Source: Candidatus Campbellbacteria bacterium GW2011_OD1_34_28 (GTDB lineage Bacteria > Patescibacteriota > Minisyncoccia > Phycocordibacterales > UBA12079). From it: a DNA stretch of 64,000 nucleotides. The notes beneath the pieces are model-generated. The model made no database searches. It saw only the letters and a list, made by a program, of their open reading frames with translations, and was not told the origin of the DNA. The stretch is taken from positions 682,303 through 746,302 of the forward strand of contig CP011215.1 of NCBI GenBank assembly GCA_001029775.1. Direction: 5' to 3'. The translations under genes were made by a program, and so were the position numbers. Below, piece after piece: positions 8,756-19,252 of the stretch (position 1 is the stretch's first letter; every line of letters starts with the position of its first letter).

Positions 8756-10838
8756 CATCGATGTTAGCCATCTTAGCATTGGACTGAATAAAATTCTTTC
8801 TCGGAGCAACTTCTGATCCCATCAATTTATCAAACACTGCGTCGGCTTCTTCTCCATCATCAATAGTTACTCTCTTCAAAATTCTTCTTTCTGGGTCCAT
8901 TGTTGTTTCAAACAATTCTTCGGGGTTCATTTCTCCGAGACCTTTATATCTTTGCATGTGTACTTTTGTAGGTCTTTTTGCACCAGCTTTTCCTTTCTTA
9001 CCTTCTGTTTCTGTTTCAATATCTTCGCCTTCTGTTTCTTCTTCTCCTTCTTCGGCTGTTTCTTCTTGCTGTTCATTCATATCAATTCCCAATTCTTTCA
9101 AATATTTTTCTTTTTGTTCATCTGTATAAACATACTTGATAGTCTTTCCAAATTTTATTTTATACAAAGGAGGTTGAGCAATATAAATATGTCCGTTTTC
9201 TATCAAAGCTTTGAAGTGACGATAAAACAATGTCAAAAGCAAAGTACTAATGTGAGCACCGTCCACGTCGGCATCGGTCGCGATAATGATTTTGTGATAA
9301 CGAAGTTTTTCGATATTGAAAGTATCTCCAATAGCAGTACCAAGAGCAACAACAAGATTTTTAATTTCTTGTGATGCCAACATTCTATCCAATCTTGCTC
9401 TCTCCACATTCAAAATCTTTCCTCTCAAAGGCAAGATTGCTTGTGTTCTTCTGTCTCTACCCTGCTTTGCAGAACCTCCAGCAGAATCTCCCTCTACAAT
9501 AAACAACTCCGATTCTTCTGATTTATTTGTCTGACAATCCGCCAATTTTCCTGGCAATGTCATTCCCTCTAGTGCACCTTTTCTCAAAACACTGTCCTTT
9601 GCGGCTTTGGCAGCTTTTCTCGCTTTCAAAGCAAGCATTACTTTGTTTATGATAGATCTGGCGTCATCTGGATTTTCTTCTAGAAAAGCATTGAAAGAAT
9701 CGCCAAAAACAGATTCTACCATTCCTCTTGCCTCTACTGTTCCCAGCTTTGATTTTGTTTGTCCTTCAAATTGAATTTCGCGAATTTTAACAGAAACAAC
9801 AGCAGTAATACCCTCTAATACATCGTCTCCTGTAAAGTTTTCTTCTTTTTCTTTTATTAAATTATTTTTTCTACCGTAATTGTTTAATGCTCTTGTCAAA
9901 GCTGTCTTGAAACCAGTTAGGTGAGTACCTCCCTCGGGAGTAGATGTATTGTTTGCAAAAGAAACAATCCTTGGTGAAATATCGTCAACATATTGCAAAG
10001 CTACTTCAACACTTTCAATGCCGTCAGGACTTCTTTCTACATAAAATATATTTTTGTGGACAGGTTTTTGGCTTTGGTTGTAAAACTGAACCAAAGAAAG
10101 TAATCCTCCTTCAAAATAAAATGCCATTGAAGGAACCTCTAATCCTAATTCTTTAAAATAAAAAACTTTGCTATCGTCTATTTTTCCTTCATATTCTCTG
10201 GCATCAATAACAGTAACACGCATACCTTTTACCAAATATGCTTGCTGTCTCAAATGTCCTACAATTCTTTTCCAGTCGTATTCTATTTTTTCGAAAATTT
10301 GTTCATCTGCTTCAAATGTGACAATCGTTCCGTGTAAGTTTGATTTACCCATTTCTTTTACAGCGACTTTCTTTTTTCCTCTCTCATATTCCTGCATAAA
10401 TTGTCCTCCGTCACGATGAACAACCACTTTCATATAAACAGAAAGCGCATTTACAACAGATGCTCCTACTCCGTGTAGACCTCCGGATACCTGATAACCA
10501 TCACCGCCAAATTTTCCTCCGGCGTGCAAAGTTGTCATAATTGTTTCCAAAGCGGAAACTTTTGTTTGCTTGTGTTTATCAACAGGAATACCTCTTCCGT
10601 TGTCTGTGACTCTGATTTTGTTTCCTGGCAACAAAACAACTTCGGTATGATCAGCGTGACCACCCATTGCTTCGTCTCGGGCATTATCAAAAATCTCCCA
10701 AATCAAATGGTGTAGACCGTCTGGACCTGTTGTTCCAATATACATTCCGGGTCTTTTCCTAACTGGTTCAAGACCTTCCAGAATTTGAATATCTTCTGCA
10801 CTATATCCTTTCGCTTTTTTCTCTTCGTTTTTAGACAT
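8751..10838 (-). CDS. gyrB: DNA gyrase subunit B
   Basis: EPVRKRPGMYIG, GGLHGVG, EGDSAGG, PLRGK, TDADVDG, QRYKGLGEM. Confidence 0.96.
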   Translation of the reverse strand: MSKNEEKKAKGYSAEDIQILEGLEPVRKRPGMYIGTTGPDGLHHLIWEIFDNARDEAMGGHADHTEVVLLPGNKIRVTDNGRGIPVDKHKQTKVSALETIMTTLHAGGKFGGDGYQVSGGLHGVGASVVNALSVYMKVVVHRDGGQFMQEYERGKKKVAVKEMGKSNLHGTIVTFEADEQIFEKIEYDWKRIVGHLRQQAYLVKGMRVTVIDAREYEGKIDDSKVFYFKELGLEVPSMAFYFEGGLLSLVQFYNQSQKPVHKNIFYVERSPDGIESVEVALQYVDDISPRIVSFANNTSTPEGGTHLTGFKTALTRALNNYGRKNNLIKEKEENFTGDDVLEGITAVVSVKIREIQFEGQTKSKLGTVEARGMVESVFGDSFNAFLEENPDDARSIINKVMLALKARKAAKAAKDSVLRKGALEGMTLPGKLADCQTNKSEESELFIVEGDSAGGSAKQGRDRRTQAILPLRGKILNVERARLDRMLASQEIKNLVVALGTAIGDTFNIEKLRYHKIIIATDADVDGAHISTLLLTLFYRHFKALIENGHIYIAQPPLYKIKFGKTIKYVYTDEQKEKYLKELGIDMNEQQEETAEEGEEETEGEDIETETEGKKGKAGAKRPTKVHMQRYKGLGEMNPEELFETTMDPERRILKRVTIDDGEEADAVFDKLMGSEVAPRKNFIQSNAKMANIDV

Positions 10839-11013
10839 AAATTTAAAAAGCACTAATGCTTTAATTAGAGAAATTATAGCAAAAATAAGCCTTTTTTGCT
10901 AGTAAATTATCCACTTTTTATTATCAAAAAAGACCTATAAAATAAGGCTTTTTTAAGTGTAAAAACAGAAACTGTGGATGTGAATAGAATATATTTATAT
11001 TATAATCATTTAC

Positions 11014-11670
11014 ATGAGCAAAAAAGAATTTTACATAGAAAAAATCGGACAAAGAGGAAAGATAAAAATATATACAGTGGACGGTTTTATTGTCAGAAGA
11101 GATTTGGATGAAGAGTTCGTGAATTTTGGACAACATTTTCGTTACAAATGTATTCCTGAATATGAATTTTGGCTAGACAAAGAAGCTACACCCGATGAAA
11201 GAAAGTTTTATATAGATCATTTGTTGGTTGAATGGAAAATGATGAGAAATGGCACTCACTACAAAGAAGCATGTGTGCGAGCAGATGAAAAAGAAAGAAC
11301 AGAGAGAAAAAGAACGGAAACAAAAAATAACATCCACATAAAACAAATTGGTGAAGCAAAAGGAAAAATAAAAATCTGGATTATAAATGGAAAAGCAGTG
11401 CGGGACAGCCGTGATATAGATTTTACCGAAGGAGGACACGATTATGTTTATAGTTATGTACCCAAAAATGAAGTCTGGATAGATAACGACATCACTGAAG
11501 AAGAAAGACCCTTCGTAATATTGCACGAACTTTTTGAAAGGTCATTGATGAAGAAAGGAACGAGTTATGGAGATGCTCATATAAAAGCAAGCGAAATAGA
11601 GTGGAAAGCAAGACACGATTCAAACAAACTTGAAAAATCTCTGAAAAAATTTGGGTTTAAATTTGTTTAA
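11014..11670 (+). CDS. Hypothetical protein made of two tandem homologous domains (HExxE-like)
   Basis: Internal duplication: KIKIYTVDGFIVR...IDHLLVE vs KIKIWIINGKAVR...ILHELFE. Confidence 0.65.
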   Translation: MSKKEFYIEKIGQRGKIKIYTVDGFIVRRDLDEEFVNFGQHFRYKCIPEYEFWLDKEATPDERKFYIDHLLVEWKMMRNGTHYKEACVRADEKERTERKRTETKNNIHIKQIGEAKGKIKIWIINGKAVRDSRDIDFTEGGHDYVYSYVPKNEVWIDNDITEEERPFVILHELFERSLMKKGTSYGDAHIKASEIEWKARHDSNKLEKSLKKFGFKFV

Positions 11671-11714
11671 ATCAAAAAAACGGATTTTGGTGTCGGTCCC
11701 AAAATCCGTTTTTG

Positions 11715-12098
11715 TTATTTTGATTTACTTAAATTTTTGATGAGTTTAAGGGTATAAGTATCTTTGTGATGTATAAAAAATACATCATTATTTTTATTTC
11801 CCAAATAAGAAAAACTTATTCTGATAATTAAAGCACCACTGGTTTTACTAGAAAGAAATTGATAAGAAAAATCAGCTGGTAAAGTAATCAGTTCTTTTCC
11901 TGTTTCAGAATAAACAATTATAAAACCATCCCAAGCTTCCACAAAATAACAAATAGTTTTAGAAGCAATTTCTTGTTCTTTATTTTTTCTTTCTCGAAAT
12001 TCTCTCACCCAAAAAATTACAAGCGCACAAATTGCCAAAATAACAGCAAAGCATCCCAGAAGAAATTCGAAAAACTCGGGGCTACCAAATTGCATCAT
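11715..12098 (-). CDS. Hypothetical single-TM protein
   Basis: N-terminal TM; AGAGGTG SD; terminator at 11675-11714. Confidence 0.6.
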   Translation of the reverse strand: MMQFGSPEFFEFLLGCFAVILAICALVIFWVREFRERKNKEQEIASKTICYFVEAWDGFIIVYSETGKELITLPADFSYQFLSSKTSGALIIRISFSYLGNKNNDVFFIHHKDTYTLKLIKNLSKSK

Positions 12099-12152
12099 AC
12101 AACACCTCTTTAATAAAGATTGTTGATTACAAATATCTAAAGAAAATATACA

Positions 12153-12695
12153 CTATTCAACAAGAATTGCCAGTCTTCGCCAATATTTTTTAAAAGTGCC
12201 AATATCTACAAAAACGTCTTTCCCCTCTTCTGCATTTTGATAATCGGTATCGTTGTAATAAAAACCTTTTAGCATGCCAAAGTTTGTTTTGAAACCTGTC
12301 AAAACAACCATATGAAATCTGTCGGTTTCAGAAAATCTTTTTACAACAGACACCAAAACAGGTTTGTCTTTTTTCAAACTATTTTTAATTTCTCTCACCC
12401 CATCTTCCGACAATCTTTTTTGTTCTTTTTTATTTTCCGATCGAAACTCTGTTCTTTTTAAAACGACATCAAAATCTTTTGCAACATCTACAAGACCTTG
12501 ATGTATCCAGCCGTTTTTTCCATAAGCATTTTTTCCAACAGCGTATTTTATAAATTCATCAGGTGTGAGATCTTTTTGGTTAAAAAAATTTAAGACAGAT
12601 TTCAAACACAAAACACCGCAGGCACGCGGTTTCCAATATTCATCTTTTACATCTGTGTATTGAGAATAATACGGAACATCTAATTTCTTTTGCAT
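12153..12695 (-). CDS. Peptidase C39-like cysteine protease
   Basis: VPYYSQ...ACG (Cys), HMVVLTG (His), YND (Asp). Confidence 0.8.
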   Translation of the reverse strand: MQKKLDVPYYSQYTDVKDEYWKPRACGVLCLKSVLNFFNQKDLTPDEFIKYAVGKNAYGKNGWIHQGLVDVAKDFDVVLKRTEFRSENKKEQKRLSEDGVREIKNSLKKDKPVLVSVVKRFSETDRFHMVVLTGFKTNFGMLKGFYYNDTDYQNAEEGKDVFVDIGTFKKYWRRLAILVE

Positions 12696-12742
12696 AAAAA
12701 TATTTTAACATAAAAAACCCTTTGCAATCGCTTGCAAAGGGT

Positions 12743-12949
12743 TTATTTCAAATCCTTGATAAATTTTTCACTTCCACGACATTCTATGTTGGTGCTAATA
12801 TTGTGAATCTGAATGTAGTCCAGATCTCTTTTGCCATCAAGGCCATGTTCGTTCATTACCGGATAAATTTTTTTGCACATAGGACAACGAGCACTACCTA
12901 CACCCAAACCCTTGCCCCAAAGCTTTGGGTCAAAATAATTTACCTTCAT
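12743..12949 (-). CDS. Small Cys/His zinc-binding-like protein (paralogue of 13072-13293)
   Basis: CPMC...H...C; SD AAGGTGATCC. Confidence 0.6.
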   Translation of the reverse strand: MKVNYFDPKLWGKGLGVGSARCPMCKKIYPVMNEHGLDGKRDLDYIQIHNISTNIECRGSEKFIKDLK

Positions 12950-13071
12950 TGGATCACCTTTTTTGTGATTAAATTTGCCAATTAATATCTGAGATAACAC
13001 TACAACAACATGAATTTTATTGCAAATAAAAAACTCTGCAAGAAGTTGGAAAACTTCTTGCAGAGTTTTGC

Positions 13072-13293
13072 TCAGTCGAGCGGAGGACAGAGTTCACGCA
13101 GGTCACCCCTTTCGATATCGTAGAGATATCTCTCACTGGCAGGGCACAGTTTTCCCGTAGGACCATGATTTGCGAGATAATCATGTTTGCGATCCCCTTC
13201 CATTCCACAACTGTTTGAAACAGTGACACTCTTTTCTTTACAAACAGGACAGGTAATCTTTCTGACACCTCTCTCAACAACCGTCGTCATCAT
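13072..13293 (-). CDS. Small Cys/His zinc-binding-like protein
   Basis: CPVC...H...C; SD AGGAGGTG. Confidence 0.65.
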   Translation of the reverse strand: MMTTVVERGVRKITCPVCKEKSVTVSNSCGMEGDRKHDYLANHGPTGKLCPASERYLYDIERGDLRELCPPLD

Positions 13294-13406
13294 AAGGCAC
13301 CTCCTTAAAAAATTAAAGTAAAAATATCCTTTTTAGAAAATAACAGATAAATCAAAGTTTGTAAAGAGCAAATCCTACCTCGCACCGGAAACAGCTAATG
13401 TTGTTT

Positions 13407-14036
13407 TTATCTAATCCCCGTGTCGCAGAATAAATCAATTCCTGTTAAATCTTTATTATCGATAGAAATATCTTTTGTATTGCAGGAAGGAAAAGGTCTC
13501 CCACCAATTGGTTGTAAAGCATATTCGCCCACAGGTAGACTTAACTCGTAAAAACCATTTTCGTCTGATTCTGCTGTTGCGAAAGGTGAACTTTTTGGGC
13601 TTCCTGCTTCAATAACTTGAATTGTAGTTTTGTAAGGTTTATCAGCACAATTTGGATCAGGAATCTCTTTTTCCACAGGGCAAATTGGTCCTAATAAAAC
13701 TCTTCCCTGTATTTTAAATTTTGTCTCCAACTCATTATCGACATCTTCATTATGTCCGTTCAATAAATCGTTGATATCTTCCACATCGTTCAAAATGTCC
13801 TTAACGTCAGATTTTTCATCTATAAATTCACACCCACATCCAGTTTCGTCACTAAAAGGTTTTCTTCCCTCTTCACATATATATTTTATTACTGAACATT
13901 CTTCTACGCTGTTTTTTACATAGATTTTGTCTTCATCTATTTGATTTTTTTGAGAATAATAAAAACCACCACCAAACACCAAAGCAATTATCCCAACAGC
14001 TATTAACACTCCCAATAAACCAAATCCTTTTTTCAT
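13407..14036 (-). CDS. Exported Cys-containing protein with pilin-like N-terminus
   Basis: MKKGF followed by a hydrophobic helix; GPICPVE and a beta-rich C-terminal domain. Confidence 0.6.
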   Translation of the reverse strand: MKKGFGLLGVLIAVGIIALVFGGGFYYSQKNQIDEDKIYVKNSVEECSVIKYICEEGRKPFSDETGCGCEFIDEKSDVKDILNDVEDINDLLNGHNEDVDNELETKFKIQGRVLLGPICPVEKEIPDPNCADKPYKTTIQVIEAGSPKSSPFATAESDENGFYELSLPVGEYALQPIGGRPFPSCNTKDISIDNKDLTGIDLFCDTGIR

Positions 14037-14047
14037 ATTTTTTAACT

Positions 14048-15229
14048 TTATTTATATGATGAATAAATTATCCTCCAAAATGCTCCCAAACCTAACAACA
14101 CCAGAACAAACATCGCAATCCACCCAAACAAAGGAATAAGACCAATGATTGAAAGCAAGATTGTCCCACCGACAACGATTTTCCAATCAACAGAATAATC
14201 TTTTTTCTTCATCACCAAACGAGCAAGCCATGTTCCAAAAATTATTCCAGCAATTGACGCAGAAAGTGTCAAAGAAATTAGATAAGCCATAAGAACAAGT
14301 GCTCCTAACCAAAGACCAAACAAAGTAATCATCAAAAGAATAAAAGCAATCGGAGTCAAAACTAACACAACAAAACCAATTCCCAGACTCTTCCAAAAAT
14401 TGTTAAAGCTTTCTTTTGTTACTGTCTCTGTAAATTTCTTGAACATATACACAAGCACAAAAGCAACAATCATCAGTCCTATCATTTTGACAAACAGAGC
14501 AATTGAAAGAAAAGCAAACACTGCACCAACAAAAACTCCTTTGTTTATTTCTTTTTCGCGACCAAATTTACTTTCACTGATAATTGTTTGCCCTTTAACA
14601 ACAGCTCCTTCCATCAATTGAATCGGTTTTTTAGAATAATATTCCAAATTTCCATTTATTACGGCATTGCTTCCCAAAACCAACTCATCTGCTTGCCCTA
14701 CTTTCACGTTACCTTTTATTTCGCTGTTGATTGTAATCATTCCGCCACCAAGATAAACATTTCCTGCAACAGGACTTTGAATATCAACTGTTCCTCCGCC
14801 AACAATCAAATCTCCGCCGACGCTCGCTTCTTTGGAAATCATCAGATTTCCTCCGGCAATAAATAAGTCATCCACAATATCTCCACCAACCACAACACTA
14901 CCACCAGCCGTGTGAACACTTCCGTTTACATTTCCATTGATCATTATTGTTCCTCCTGCCGAATAAACCGATTGTCCGACATTTCCATTTATATTAATAA
15001 CATTTCCTGCTGAGTGAATACCTTTTTCTATATTTGCATCAATTGTTACTATATTTCCTGCGATATAAAGATTTTTGATTTGTTCTTCTGCTCCGACATT
15101 TACACTACCATTATTTTTGGCTCCTATGCGTAAATCTGCCGCACTGATTGTTCCTGCAACGCTTAAAAAAGCGAAAGCAAAAACAAAAGCCAAAGCCAAA
15201 GCCAAAGATAAAATTTTTTGTAATTTCAT
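14048..15229 (-). CDS. Membrane protein with bactofilin-like beta-helix repeats
   Basis: Signal peptide, repeated (A/G)GGxVxIxGxV units, C-terminal multi-TM. Confidence 0.75.
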   Translation of the reverse strand: MKLQKILSLALALAFVFAFAFLSVAGTISAADLRIGAKNNGSVNVGAEEQIKNLYIAGNIVTIDANIEKGIHSAGNVININGNVGQSVYSAGGTIMINGNVNGSVHTAGGSVVVGGDIVDDLFIAGGNLMISKEASVGGDLIVGGGTVDIQSPVAGNVYLGGGMITINSEIKGNVKVGQADELVLGSNAVINGNLEYYSKKPIQLMEGAVVKGQTIISESKFGREKEINKGVFVGAVFAFLSIALFVKMIGLMIVAFVLVYMFKKFTETVTKESFNNFWKSLGIGFVVLVLTPIAFILLMITLFGLWLGALVLMAYLISLTLSASIAGIIFGTWLARLVMKKKDYSVDWKIVVGGTILLSIIGLIPLFGWIAMFVLVLLGLGAFWRIIYSSYK

Positions 15230-15338
15230 AATAAATAGCAATTAGTTTTTAACAGATTAATTATACAATGTATCAAACAGTTTAGTCTATATAAACAAAA
15301 AACCTGCCGAGATTAAACCTCGGCAGGCTGAAATTAAA

Positions 15339-15905
15339 CTAGATGAGACTCATACCCTGATAACGATGAAGACCAACAAGAGTATTGTCTGATCCGTCAT
15401 TAATACTTTTATAGATTTTTTCCTCTCCAACAAAACCAGAGAATAATTTAGCCCTTTCAACATCGTTAAAATATGCTAGATCAGAGTAATTTTTATCATA
15501 ATAATAATTATTACCTCTTCCACCCATAAAATGACGGGCTTCAATCATCTCCGTCAAAGCCAATTTCAAAAAAGAAATAACCTCTTTTGGGTACCATCCA
15601 CAGTAACTCATAACCCAAACGGGATTAGTGCCGAACCAAATCGTCGTTTTTCCTTCTGAACGCCCATTAGCGTGCGACGACCATTCATCCACAAAAGTAA
15701 ATTTTCCTGTTCGATGACGAAGGCACTTATAACCAGGCATCAGACTGTGGCTAGGTTTAACCTTTTCGGTCGGCCAACCGACAGTTTGCATGGCTTCCCA
15801 ATAAAAATCCTGAATATCTTGGACGGTTATTTGGGATATATTTCTTTCCGATTCAAAACCAACAACCCTTACGCCTTCGGCGATTCTTCTTAATTCATCC
15901 GACAT
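15339..15905 (-). CDS. DUF5680-like hypothetical protein
   Basis: PVWVMSYCG, FLKLAL, GGRG, GEEKI, YQG pattern; SD GAGAGGGG. Confidence 0.6.
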   Translation of the reverse strand: MSDELRRIAEGVRVVGFESERNISQITVQDIQDFYWEAMQTVGWPTEKVKPSHSLMPGYKCLRHRTGKFTFVDEWSSHANGRSEGKTTIWFGTNPVWVMSYCGWYPKEVISFLKLALTEMIEARHFMGGRGNNYYYDKNYSDLAYFNDVERAKLFSGFVGEEKIYKSINDGSDNTLVGLHRYQGMSLI

Positions 15906-16039
15906 TTTCCCCTCTCATTAATTTGTTTCTTGTTAGAGAACCCTATTTCCTAAAACAACTTTACTTTTTTGACAACTCGTTGTCAACAAAATTTAAAAAT
16001 TATAAAATCCAACAAAACTATTCCTTACTTTCACATTTA

Positions 16040-18373
16040 CTATCTAACTTCCCAACCTTTTGATTGCATCTGTGTAGTTATTCCATTCATAATTTTATTC
16101 ACTTCGTCATCCGTCAAAGTTTTTTCATTCGATTGAAATACCAAATTAAAAGCATAAGAAGTCTTGTCTTTACCCTCTGGACAATAAACATCAAAAAGTT
16201 TTGTTCTAACCAACAAGTCTCCACCGTTTTCTTTAATCAAACCTGCAACACTTTCTTGAGTTTCTGTATTTGGCACCCAAACAGCAATATCGCGAAGCAT
16301 AAATGGAAAGGGTGAAATATGTTTATATTTTGATTCAACATTGTTTGGATTTTTTAGAACATCTTCGTATGATTCTGGTTGAGGAAGTTTTTCAATTAGT
16401 GCATCAAAATTAATTTCTAAAATATTTTCATTTTCTTTCACTTTTAAATCAACGCCCAAATCGGCATTTATTTTCTGGATTGCTTCGCTTACGCTCGCAA
16501 AGACATTTTTTTTATTTTTTCCCGCAACACCAAAACAAAGCATTCCCTTCTCTTCTTCGGTAGACGAAAAAACTTTTCCAAATTCAAAAATCTTTATTTC
16601 ATCCAATCCCAACAACGGTGCATTTTTTAAATTAAGATCCAATTTTTCTTTCATTCCATCAGAAAGATTTGTTCTCAAATACGCTTTATCGCTCGCCAAA
16701 GGCTTTTCTATTTTTACATTTCCTTCACTAGTAAATGTATAATTGTAAATTTCTTCAAATCCTAAATCTATCAAAATTTGTTTTACTTTGTTTGCATAAT
16801 AAAAACCTTTATGAACTTTTGGTTCTCTTATTTTTTCCAATGGCAAAGTTTTTATATTTTCCAAACCATAAATTCTACCTATTTCCTCAATCAGATCTTG
16901 TTTAATCCTTAGATCCATTCTTTGATAAGGAACTGTGACAACATATCTTTTCTCTTCGCTCTCTACCATTCTTCTGTAACCAACAATATTTTTAAATTGT
17001 TTAAATTCAGAAATATTTCCCATCTCAACGCCGTCGTTATTGTAACGAGATGCGTGAATTATTTTTCCATCTCCTAAATACAAACCAACATGGTCAACAC
17101 CTTCTTCTATCTTTGTCCCAGACAAAAATTCTACCGATTCAAAATAGATCTTTCCTTCTCCTGTATTAGAGAAAATCAAATCCCCTGCTTTCAAATCACT
17201 TTCTGAAATTTCCTTGCCATACACAAACTGATCAACTGCCATTCTTGGAATCGCTATTCCCCCCTGTGCAAACAAATATGCCGTAAAAGAGGAACAATCA
17301 AAACTGTGAGGAGCGTCATAAACAACACTTGCTCCTAATTTATAAGACTTGCCAATCAAATCATTTACCAATTCCAAAACTTTTTTTGCAGAATCAATTT
17401 GTGCAAACTCGAATTTAAATTTATTTAAAATTTCTTCAACATCTTTGTCAGAAAGATTTAATCCCAAAATTTTATTAGCGTCTTTTGTAGTGAATCCAAC
17501 TTTATAAGGATTTGGTTTTCTAGGATATACATCTACCTTTCCAACTACTTTTCCGCCAGAAATTTCCGAAATTAATTCCACCAACTCTTTCATCGCCACT
17601 CCCGCCAACTCGGGACTGATTTCGTTCTCAAAACGCTTTGAGGAATCAGTTAATATGGAAAAGCCTCTCGCAGTCTTTCTAACCGTTATAGGGGCAAAAT
17701 TGGCCGATTCCAGCACCAAATTGACGGTATTTTGATCTACTTCTGCCTTTTTTCCACCTTTTACACCTGCAATCGCCAAAGGCTCCTTAGAATCTGCAAT
17801 AACAAGATTTTCAGAAGTTAATTTTACTTCTCTATTATCCAATGTAATTATTTGTTCTCCGTCCTTTGCGTTTCTTATATTTATTTCGTTACCGTCCAAT
17901 TTGTCTTTATCAAAAGCATGCAACGGCTGTCCGATGTTAAACATCACATAGTTTGTCGCATCCACAATATTGTTGATAGATTTTTGTCCCAGAGATTCCA
18001 AATTTTGTTTCAACCAATCTGGAGAAGACCCCACCTTCACGCCTTCCATTACAACAGCAACATAGCGGCGACATTTTTTTTCATCCTCTATTGTCACTTT
18101 AAAATCACCCAAAGTCTCAACTTCCAAGTCGGTGTGTTGAATATCTTTTATTTCTAAACCAGTCAAAACAGAGACTTCTTTTGCAATACCCAGATGACAC
18201 AAACAATCGTGGGCTCTGTTTGGAAGAACATCAATATCTAAAATTGTATCACTGCCTTTTTCTTCTACTCCTTCTACCTCGAAGGAATGTGAATTTAACA
18301 AAACCGCCAAATCGTTTGGATTAGGCAATTCTTTATTAAAATATTTTTTTAGCCATCTATAAGATATAATCAT
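16040..18373 (-). CDS. pheT: Phenylalanyl-tRNA synthetase beta subunit with inserted NlpC/P60 domain
   Basis: PNRAHDCL, QPLHAFD, DLIEEIGRIYG, C-terminal RDIA ferredoxin-fold domain; insert about 16960-17395. Confidence 0.93.
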   Translation of the reverse strand: MIISYRWLKKYFNKELPNPNDLAVLLNSHSFEVEGVEEKGSDTILDIDVLPNRAHDCLCHLGIAKEVSVLTGLEIKDIQHTDLEVETLGDFKVTIEDEKKCRRYVAVVMEGVKVGSSPDWLKQNLESLGQKSINNIVDATNYVMFNIGQPLHAFDKDKLDGNEINIRNAKDGEQIITLDNREVKLTSENLVIADSKEPLAIAGVKGGKKAEVDQNTVNLVLESANFAPITVRKTARGFSILTDSSKRFENEISPELAGVAMKELVELISEISGGKVVGKVDVYPRKPNPYKVGFTTKDANKILGLNLSDKDVEEILNKFKFEFAQIDSAKKVLELVNDLIGKSYKLGASVVYDAPHSFDCSSFTAYLFAQGGIAIPRMAVDQFVYGKEISESDLKAGDLIFSNTGEGKIYFESVEFLSGTKIEEGVDHVGLYLGDGKIIHASRYNNDGVEMGNISEFKQFKNIVGYRRMVESEEKRYVVTVPYQRMDLRIKQDLIEEIGRIYGLENIKTLPLEKIREPKVHKGFYYANKVKQILIDLGFEEIYNYTFTSEGNVKIEKPLASDKAYLRTNLSDGMKEKLDLNLKNAPLLGLDEIKIFEFGKVFSSTEEEKGMLCFGVAGKNKKNVFASVSEAIQKINADLGVDLKVKENENILEINFDALIEKLPQPESYEDVLKNPNNVESKYKHISPFPFMLRDIAVWVPNTETQESVAGLIKENGGDLLVRTKLFDVYCPEGKDKTSYAFNLVFQSNEKTLTDDEVNKIMNGITTQMQSKGWEVR

Positions 18374-18434
18374 TTTTTTTCTTACTACTTATTACTTAAA
18401 CCTTACTACTCCTCAAATTCAACCAACAATTCTC

Positions 18435-19169
18435 TCAGAATTGCTGGTTGAATTTGAGATCCCCCGCATACATCAACCTTATATCATCTATCCCATATTT
18501 CAACATCACGATTCTGTCTATTCCTAAACCAAAAGCAAAACCCTGCCATTCACGAGAATCGATTCCAACATTGTTCAAAACTTTTGGATGCACCATACCC
18601 GCTCCCAATATTTCAATCCAACCATTATGTGAACAAGCAGGACAACCTTTTCCATTACACTTGAAACAAATCATATCAATCTCTACTCCCGGTTCTACGA
18701 AAGGAAAGTAACCTGGTCGCAAACGAATGGTTACATCTTCACCAAAAAGTTTTTTCAAAAATGCTTCTAAAACAGTTTTTAAATGTGCAACAGAAATATC
18801 CTTTCCAATCATTAGTCCCTCCATCTGATTAAACTGTGCATCGTGAGTTGCGTCAGTTGCCTCGTTTCTAAAAACTCTCCCTGGTACGATAATCGCAATC
18901 GGTGGTTTATTTTCTTTCATATATCTAATTTGAACATCCGATGTTTGTGTTCGGAGAAGTTTTTTCAAATTTTTTGGCTCCAACCAAAAAGTATCCTGCA
19001 TATCTCTAGCGGGATGATCTTGTGGAACATTCAATGCATCAAAGTTGTAATATTCATCTTCCATCTCAGGACCCTGAGCCACCTCAAAGCCAAGCTCTAT
19101 AAAAATAGAACTTATTTCCCTAATCAATCTAGTCACTGGATGAATGTGTTTTTCTGAATCTTTTATCAT
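18435..19169 (-). CDS. pheS: Phenylalanyl-tRNA synthetase alpha subunit (no N-terminal coiled coil)
   Basis: [39 protein letters not shown]. Confidence 0.96.
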   Translation of the reverse strand: MIKDSEKHIHPVTRLIREISSIFIELGFEVAQGPEMEDEYYNFDALNVPQDHPARDMQDTFWLEPKNLKKLLRTQTSDVQIRYMKENKPPIAIIVPGRVFRNEATDATHDAQFNQMEGLMIGKDISVAHLKTVLEAFLKKLFGEDVTIRLRPGYFPFVEPGVEIDMICFKCNGKGCPACSHNGWIEILGAGMVHPKVLNNVGIDSREWQGFAFGLGIDRIVMLKYGIDDIRLMYAGDLKFNQQF

Positions 19170-19252
19170 ATTGGATTATTATATATATAAACTAGCTTTT
19201 TTCAAAACGAATTCCCTTCTCAATTACATATAAACAGTGTACTATTTTATAC

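Noticed and set aside
13017-13280. Alternative 87-aa ORF overlapping 13072-13293
   Set aside because: No SD or ATG support; the other frame has the SD and a paralogue
16960-17395. Intein in PheT
   Set aside because: No N-terminal C/S or C-terminal HN splice motifs; the insert is NlpC/P60-like
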